Shown here in pieces: positions 56,367 to 61,782 of a DNA stretch of 61,782 bases (positions are counted from its first letter, which is position 1; every line of letters starts with the position of its first letter). Source of the DNA: a virus (taxonomy: Duplodnaviria > Caudoviricetes); IMG/VR virus record IMGVR_UViG_3300032242_001102, positions 1-61,782 of that record; one strand, given 5' to 3'. Made by a program: the position numbers and the translations under genes. Below the pieces are notes generated by a model. It was not told where the DNA came from, ran no database searches, and saw only the letters and a program-made list of their open reading frames with translations.

Positions 56367-56377
56367 AATAATTCTTT

Positions 56378-57232
56378 TCATAATATATTTTTGTAATCAA
56401 TAAACTTTGCATGTCTATCTTGTAAGCCACGCAATGCTGGATTAATTTTTTGAGTTACCGCTTTCGTATCGTTAAAGTTATTTATGTAAGGTTTAACACG
56501 TGTATTCCAATACCATACGGCAATCTTTGCGGCAACATCAGGACGTGCTGCCAATTCTGGATTTTGTTCTAGTGGTAATCCCAATGCTTTTCCTGCCATA
56601 CGATAGTTATCACGTCCTGTAATTTGAATAAAGCCACGACCGTGATATCTTACACCATCACCAACATGTGTATTACCTAATATCTTTGCTGTTTTAGGAC
56701 TTAATTTTGGATCATATAGTTTAGCAAAATATTGTTTGCCACCAAACTCTTTCATTCTACTGAAGTCATCGCTTTCATGCCTAGCCTGTGCTAAAAATTG
56801 TGCAAGTTCAACACCCTTAATTCCTGCTTTTAGTGCTGTATGATGTAATATCTTTTCAGCTTCGGTATCTTTCATGCTTACTAGCTTGATAGGTTCTTGT
56901 GGTGTTTGTTGTGTTTGTTTTGCTTGTGCATTAACACCCAGTGCGGCAGCACCTAGTCCACCTAAAAAACCTCTACGTGATATATCTTCTAATACTTTGC
57001 GATTTTTTACTTTACCAATCTCAATACTTATTGGTGTATTAGTTGACATTGCTTTGAAGATTTTTTCAGTCTCGCCTTGTCCTGGTTTCAATTCTGCTGA
57101 AAGTATATTGAATAGTAGTTTATTTTTTCTTACACCAACGAATTCACCTACTAATACTTGATAGTTAGGATAGTTAGGTGTTAAATCTACTTTAGGATTA
57201 ACTTCTTCAGTAATAAATTCAGTTGCTCTCAT
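56378..57232 (-). CDS. putative virion-internal polyprotein with internal Tat signal and GH19 muramidase/chitinase domain
   Basis: MRATEFITE; SRRGFLGGLGAAALGVNAQA; FLAQARHES, YHGRGFIQITGRDNY, KIN. Confidence 0.85.
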   Translation of the reverse strand: MRATEFITEEVNPKVDLTPNYPNYQVLVGEFVGVRKNKLLFNILSAELKPGQGETEKIFKAMSTNTPISIEIGKVKNRKVLEDISRRGFLGGLGAAALGVNAQAKQTQQTPQEPIKLVSMKDTEAEKILHHTALKAGIKGVELAQFLAQARHESDDFSRMKEFGGKQYFAKLYDPKLSPKTAKILGNTHVGDGVRYHGRGFIQITGRDNYRMAGKALGLPLEQNPELAARPDVAAKIAVWYWNTRVKPYINNFNDTKAVTQKINPALRGLQDRHAKFIDYKNIL

Positions 57233-57236
57233 TATT

Positions 57237-58178
57237 TTATGATAGTCCGTAACTTGCGGCTGCAAGAATACGTCTAGCAGTACCTACTCCAGTTGTATCA
57301 ATAGATACAGTTCCTGTATCTGATATCAAGTTGGTCATCGATAGAGTAGTACTACCATTAGGAGTACCATAACCAAATATAGCTTTACCAATGCCATATC
57401 CTGCGGCCGCAAGCGACCCTCTAGCAGTACCAACACCGGTAGTATCTGTAGCTACTACACCAGTGTTTGATACTAGGTTGGTTATTGCTGTATAGGTACT
57501 AGCGTCAATTCTTCCATATCCAAAGATAGCTTTATCTGTACTATAACCTGTCGCCGCAAGTGCCATGCGACCTGTTCCGACACCGGTAGTATCTGTAGCT
57601 ACTACACCGGTATTGCTCACTTTATTGGTTATTGATAGGTATGTAGGATTATCGTCCAAACCATATCCAAATATAGCTTTATCTGTTCCATAACCAGCCG
57701 CTGCAAGAATACGTCTAGCAGTACCTACTCCAGTTGTATCAGTAGCAACAACACCGGCATTTGACACTAAGTTAGTTACCGCAGTAGAGCCTGATCCGTT
57801 AGTTCCATATCCAAATATAGCCTTGTCTGTACCATACCCTGCTGCAGCCAAATAAACTCTGGAACTACCGACACCGGTAACATCATTACCGACTACCCCG
57901 ATGTTGCTAACTAAATTAGTCATTCTATAATAAGTAACACCATTATCAGACCCGTATCCAAAGATAGCTTTATCAGTTCCATAACTTGCGGCCGCAAGTC
58001 CGACCCTAGCAGTCCCTACCCCAGTAGTATCAGTAGCAACTACACCTGTATTACTTACTAGATTGGTTATTGATACATTTCCTCCGCTACTAGCTCCATA
58101 TCCAAATATAGCCTTAGACGAAGGCGGAGGATTAGTATAAGTAAACCCACCAGTAAATCTCATTCCACTTAAATCCAT
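57237..58178 (-). CDS. six-repeat beta-propeller protein, paralogue 2
   Basis: Same repeat. Confidence 0.85.
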   Translation of the reverse strand: MDLSGMRFTGGFTYTNPPPSSKAIFGYGASSGGNVSITNLVSNTGVVATDTTGVGTARVGLAAASYGTDKAIFGYGSDNGVTYYRMTNLVSNIGVVGNDVTGVGSSRVYLAAAGYGTDKAIFGYGTNGSGSTAVTNLVSNAGVVATDTTGVGTARRILAAAGYGTDKAIFGYGLDDNPTYLSITNKVSNTGVVATDTTGVGTGRMALAATGYSTDKAIFGYGRIDASTYTAITNLVSNTGVVATDTTGVGTARGSLAAAGYGIGKAIFGYGTPNGSTTLSMTNLISDTGTVSIDTTGVGTARRILAAASYGLS

Positions 58179-58196
58179 AATATTTCCTTTATTTTT

Positions 58197-59129
58197 TTAT
58201 GACAATGAATATCCTGCGGCTGCTAATGCATATCTAGCAGTACCGGCACCTACTGTATCTGTAGATACTACACCGGTATTACTTACTAGATTAGTTATTA
58301 TAGTAAAAACACTACCGTTTGTAGTGCCATAACCAAAGATAGCTTTGTCACCGCCATAACCTGCGGCTGCTAATGCATATCTAGAAGTACCCACGCCTGT
58401 TGTATCTGTGGCAACTACACCAGTGTTACTTACTAAGTTAGTCATTGAGCCGGCATCACCATATCCAAATATGGCTTTATCAGTACCATAACCAGCTGCC
58501 GCCAAGAAACTTCTAGATGTGCCAACGCCTGCAGTATCAGTAGCAACTACACCTGTGTTTGACACTTTATTAGTTACATTAGTAGTACCATATCCAAAAA
58601 TAGCTTTATCACTACCATAACCTGCGGCTGCTAATGCATATCTAGCAGTTCCTACTCCGGTAGTATCTGTAGAAACAACACCTGTGTTTGATACTAAGTT
58701 GGTTATTGCCGTGGTCCCTACGCCGGATACCCCATAACCAAATATAGCTTTATCTGTGCCATATCCTGCGGCTGCTAGTAAGCTTCTACCAGTACCAACA
58801 CCTGTTGTATCACTAGCAACAACTCCTGCGTTTGATACTAGGTTAGTCATTGACACATAACCTGATCCGCCAGTATTTCCGTATCCAAATATAGCTTTAT
58901 CAGTACCATATCCAGCCGCAGACAAATATGCCCTAGCAGTACCAACACCTGTAGTATTAGTGGCAACTACACCAGTGTCTGATACAAGATTAGTTACTGC
59001 CGTCGTAACACTTTGACTAGGATTAGTAGCACCAAATCCAAATATTGCTCTTTTTGCGCCACCGGGTGGAGGTAGTTGTATAGTATACCCACCACTAAAT
59101 GTCACATCTGAAAAAACCATGTCTGCCAT
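58197..59129 (-). CDS. six-repeat beta-propeller protein, paralogue 3
   Basis: Same repeat. Confidence 0.85.
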   Translation of the reverse strand: MADMVFSDVTFSGGYTIQLPPPGGAKRAIFGFGATNPSQSVTTAVTNLVSDTGVVATNTTGVGTARAYLSAAGYGTDKAIFGYGNTGGSGYVSMTNLVSNAGVVASDTTGVGTGRSLLAAAGYGTDKAIFGYGVSGVGTTAITNLVSNTGVVSTDTTGVGTARYALAAAGYGSDKAIFGYGTTNVTNKVSNTGVVATDTAGVGTSRSFLAAAGYGTDKAIFGYGDAGSMTNLVSNTGVVATDTTGVGTSRYALAAAGYGGDKAIFGYGTTNGSVFTIITNLVSNTGVVSTDTVGAGTARYALAAAGYSLS

Positions 59130-59149
59130 AATATATTATCCTTTATTTT

Positions 59150-60112
59150 TTATGCTAACGAATATCCTGCGGCTGCCGAGCCAAATCTACCAGTACCAAC
59201 ACCAGTTGTATCACTAGCAACAACTCCTGCGTTTGATATTAGGTTAGTCATTGATACTGCATAAGTACCGCCAGTATCACCGTAACCAAATATAGCTTTA
59301 TCAGTACCGTAACCTGAGGCAGACGGGTTACTTCTAGCAGTACCCACACCTGATGTATCACTACCAACTACCCCGGTATTTGATACACGATTAAATATAT
59401 TTACATAAGGGAATCCGGCATAACCTCCAAAACCGAATATAGCTTTATCCGTACCATATCCGGCGGCTGCTAATCCAGCCCTAGCAGTACCTACACCTGT
59501 AGTATCATTTGAAACTACCCCAGTATTACTTACTAGGTTGGTTATTGATACAGCATATGGGGTTGTAGGAGAACTTCCGTATCCAAATATAGCTTTGTCA
59601 GTACCATAACCCGCGGCTGCTAAATTGTACCTACCAGTACCAACGCCTGTAGTATCATTGGAAACTACCCCAGTATTACTTACTTTATTAGTTATTGATA
59701 CCGGAGTTGATCCATCAAATCCATAACCAAATAAGGCTTTATCTGTGCCATAAGCTGCGGCAGCTAAGACATATCTAGCAGTACCAACACCGGCGGTATC
59801 TGTAGCAACAACACCTGTATTACTTACTAAGTTAGTTATTGATGTATATGGTCCTATTAGAAGTCCATAACCAAATATAGCCTTATCACCACCATATGTT
59901 GCTGCTGCCAAATAATATCTAGCAGTACCTACACCGGCAACATCATTACCAACAACTCCTGTATTTGATACTAAATTAGTTACTGAATAAATCCCTTGAT
60001 TTGACCCGCCGTAACCAAATATAGCTTTTGTTGTATTACCGGACGGGGGTGGAGGTATTTGTATAGTATACCCACCACTAAATGTCACATTTGAAAAAAC
60101 CATGTCTGCCAT
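59150..60112 (-). CDS. six-repeat beta-propeller protein, paralogue 4
   Basis: Same repeat. Confidence 0.85.
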   Translation of the reverse strand: MADMVFSNVTFSGGYTIQIPPPPSGNTTKAIFGYGGSNQGIYSVTNLVSNTGVVGNDVAGVGTARYYLAAATYGGDKAIFGYGLLIGPYTSITNLVSNTGVVATDTAGVGTARYVLAAAAYGTDKALFGYGFDGSTPVSITNKVSNTGVVSNDTTGVGTGRYNLAAAGYGTDKAIFGYGSSPTTPYAVSITNLVSNTGVVSNDTTGVGTARAGLAAAGYGTDKAIFGFGGYAGFPYVNIFNRVSNTGVVGSDTSGVGTARSNPSASGYGTDKAIFGYGDTGGTYAVSMTNLISNAGVVASDTTGVGTGRFGSAAAGYSLA

Positions 60113-60128
60113 AATATACCTTTTATTT

Positions 60129-61064
60129 TTATGCTAATCCGTAACTTGCGGCTGCAAGATCATATCTAGCACTACCAACACCTGCAGTATCAGTAGCAAC
60201 AACACCACTATTACTTACTAGATTGGTTATTGATATATAAGATAAACTACCATTAAATCCATAACCAAAAATAGCAGTATCAACACCATAACCTGCAGAG
60301 GCAAGTTGATATCTTGCAGTTCCTACCCCTGTAGTATCAGTAGCTACTACACCGGTGTTACTTACTTTGTTGGTAATTGATACTTCCGTAGCTCCGGAAT
60401 TTAAACCATACCCAAAAATAGCTTTATCACTACCATAACCTGCGGCTGCTAATGCATATCTAGCAGTTCCTACTCCGGTAGTATCTGTAGAAACAACTCC
60501 GGTGTTTGATACTAAGTTGGTTACTGATTGGGCGCCGGCTCCACCACTAATTGATCCATATCCAAATATAGCTTGTCCTGTGCTACCATAAACTGCGGCT
60601 GCTGGCCACTGCCTAGCAGTTCCCACTCCAGTAACATCATTAGCTACTACCCCTGTATTTGATACTAAGTTGGTTATTGCTGTTACTGATCCGCTATTTC
60701 CATATCCAAATATGGCTTTATTTGTACCATATCCAGTCGCCGCTATTCGTTGTCTAGCAGTTCCTACACCTGTGGTGTCTGTAGCAACAACTCCGGTGTT
60801 TGATACTAAATTGGTTATTGCTGTTACCGGTGAGATTAATCCATATCCAAATATAGCTTTATCAGTACCATAGCCTGCGGCTGCTAATGCACTTCTAGCA
60901 GTACCTACACCTGTAGTATTATTAGCAACAACTCCTGTGTTACTTACTAGGTTGGTTATTGCTGTTGCTGATCCAGTGTTTCCATAACCAAAAATAGCCT
61001 TAGATGAAGGCGGCGGAGGAGTAAAAGTAAACCCACCAGTAAATCTCATTCCACTTAAATCCAT
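60129..61064 (-). CDS. six-repeat beta-propeller protein, paralogue 5
   Basis: Same repeat. Confidence 0.85.
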   Translation of the reverse strand: MDLSGMRFTGGFTFTPPPPSSKAIFGYGNTGSATAITNLVSNTGVVANNTTGVGTARSALAAAGYGTDKAIFGYGLISPVTAITNLVSNTGVVATDTTGVGTARQRIAATGYGTNKAIFGYGNSGSVTAITNLVSNTGVVANDVTGVGTARQWPAAAVYGSTGQAIFGYGSISGGAGAQSVTNLVSNTGVVSTDTTGVGTARYALAAAGYGSDKAIFGYGLNSGATEVSITNKVSNTGVVATDTTGVGTARYQLASAGYGVDTAIFGYGFNGSLSYISITNLVSNSGVVATDTAGVGSARYDLAAASYGLA

Positions 61065-61074
61065 AATATACCCT

Positions 61075-61512
61075 TTATTCTCTATTCTTAAGTATGCTAC
61101 GAATCATCCACTGATGTTTTTCATGTGCATCTAATCGTTCTGCTATAAAGTTAGCAATACCTTGTTTGTTTTCTTGTGTAGCTGAAGCAAAACATACATT
61201 TAATAACTCAATCATCTTACTGTTATCTTCAAACAATTCAGCAAACATTAACTGAGGACGAGGTATTTTAGTTTGATCTTGTATAATAGTTAATTCAGCA
61301 TAACGTGATAAACTACCAGGTGCATAACTATCTAATGCACGTATATATTCAGCTATCTTATCTACTGCACTATATACTTCTTCATAGAAGTTTCCAAAGA
61401 ATTCGTGATACTGAGGGAAGTTATCTCCCTCAACATTCCAATGAAAGTTCTGTGCTTTAATTGACAATACATTTGTACTTGCCAATAATATTTTTAAATT
61501 ATCTGATAACAT
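61075..61512 (-). CDS. dps: Dps ferritin-like DNA protection protein
   Basis: FHWNVEG.NF..YHEFF...D.IAE...HEKH.WM. Confidence 0.93.
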   Translation of the reverse strand: MLSDNLKILLASTNVLSIKAQNFHWNVEGDNFPQYHEFFGNFYEEVYSAVDKIAEYIRALDSYAPGSLSRYAELTIIQDQTKIPRPQLMFAELFEDNSKMIELLNVCFASATQENKQGIANFIAERLDAHEKHQWMIRSILKNRE

Positions 61513-61555
61513 TATCTAGGGTATCCTTTTCTATTCCAATAAAATTCATAATCTT

Positions 61556-61780
61556 TCATTTCTTTTTTCCCGCACAATGTGCTTTTTGACTAAAGCCTTT
61601 AGGATTGCTACAGTTGATACTGTCTTTGTATTTCTGTGACCACTTTTCATCAAGTTGTTCTTCCGCCACACCTTGATTATCTCTATTATCCCAGAACTTT
61701 TTTCCTTTTGGTTTTAGTGTTTTACTAGGAATAATTTTACCAACTAAATCTTCTGCATAGTCATATATTTTAGTAGCAAT
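61556..61780 (-). CDS. 3' part of a putative virion-internal polyprotein (GNAT-like tail plus small Cys module); runs off window
   Basis: IATKIYDYAE...GKKFW...NQGVAEEQLDEKWSQKYKDSINCSNPKGFSQKAHCAGKKK then TGA. Confidence 0.65.
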   Translation of the reverse strand: MATKIYDYAEDLVGKIIPSKTLKPKGKKFWDNRDNQGVAEEQLDEKWSQKYKDSINCSNPKGFSQKAHCAGKKK

Positions 61781-61782
61781 AC

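Noticed and set aside
50784-61064. Diversity-generating retroelement acting on the propellers
   Set aside because: No reverse transcriptase or non-coding template repeat seen; variation includes indels and does not look adenine-specific.
1-61782. tRNA genes or stop-codon recoding
   Set aside because: No cloverleaf spotted by eye (tRNAscan not run); known genes translate full length in the standard code and TAA, TGA and TAG all appear as stops.

Overview
AT-rich, gene-dense segment of a large T4-like (jumbo/myovirus-type) dsDNA phage in the standard genetic code, almost all genes on the minus strand. The host is probably a betaproteobacterium, judged only from the look of DnaK. Left part: small early genes, many behind a repeated TTGACA-17-TATAAT promoter/leader cassette, then a proteostasis block (clpP, clpS, hsp20, dnaK, rpsU, clpX) with ROSE-like leaders. 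Middle: DNA ligase, 5'-3' exonuclease, UvsE, and a 7-deazaguanine DNA-modification cluster (dpdA, folE, queD, queE, a dpdL-like T-fold gene, no queC in the window). This cluster is interleaved with two glycosyltransferases, a GalE-like epimerase and a cytidylyltransferase, and queD has a preQ1-I-like leader. Right part: sliding clamp, family B polymerase, TilS, a LamG protein, five six-bladed beta-propeller paralogues and Dps. Main candidates for something new: (1) late-expressed proteins with a T4-like capsid-targeting N-terminus and internal [ILV]-x-E sites that would release cargo modules (HsdS-like domain, sigma-70 region 4, Tat-signal GH19 muramidase, GP88-like, nuclease-like, GNAT-like); (2) a possible glycosylated deazaguanine base under riboswitch control; (3) a pseudoknotted orphan RNA at about 55.5 kb. 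All calls come from reading motifs by eye; no searches were run.
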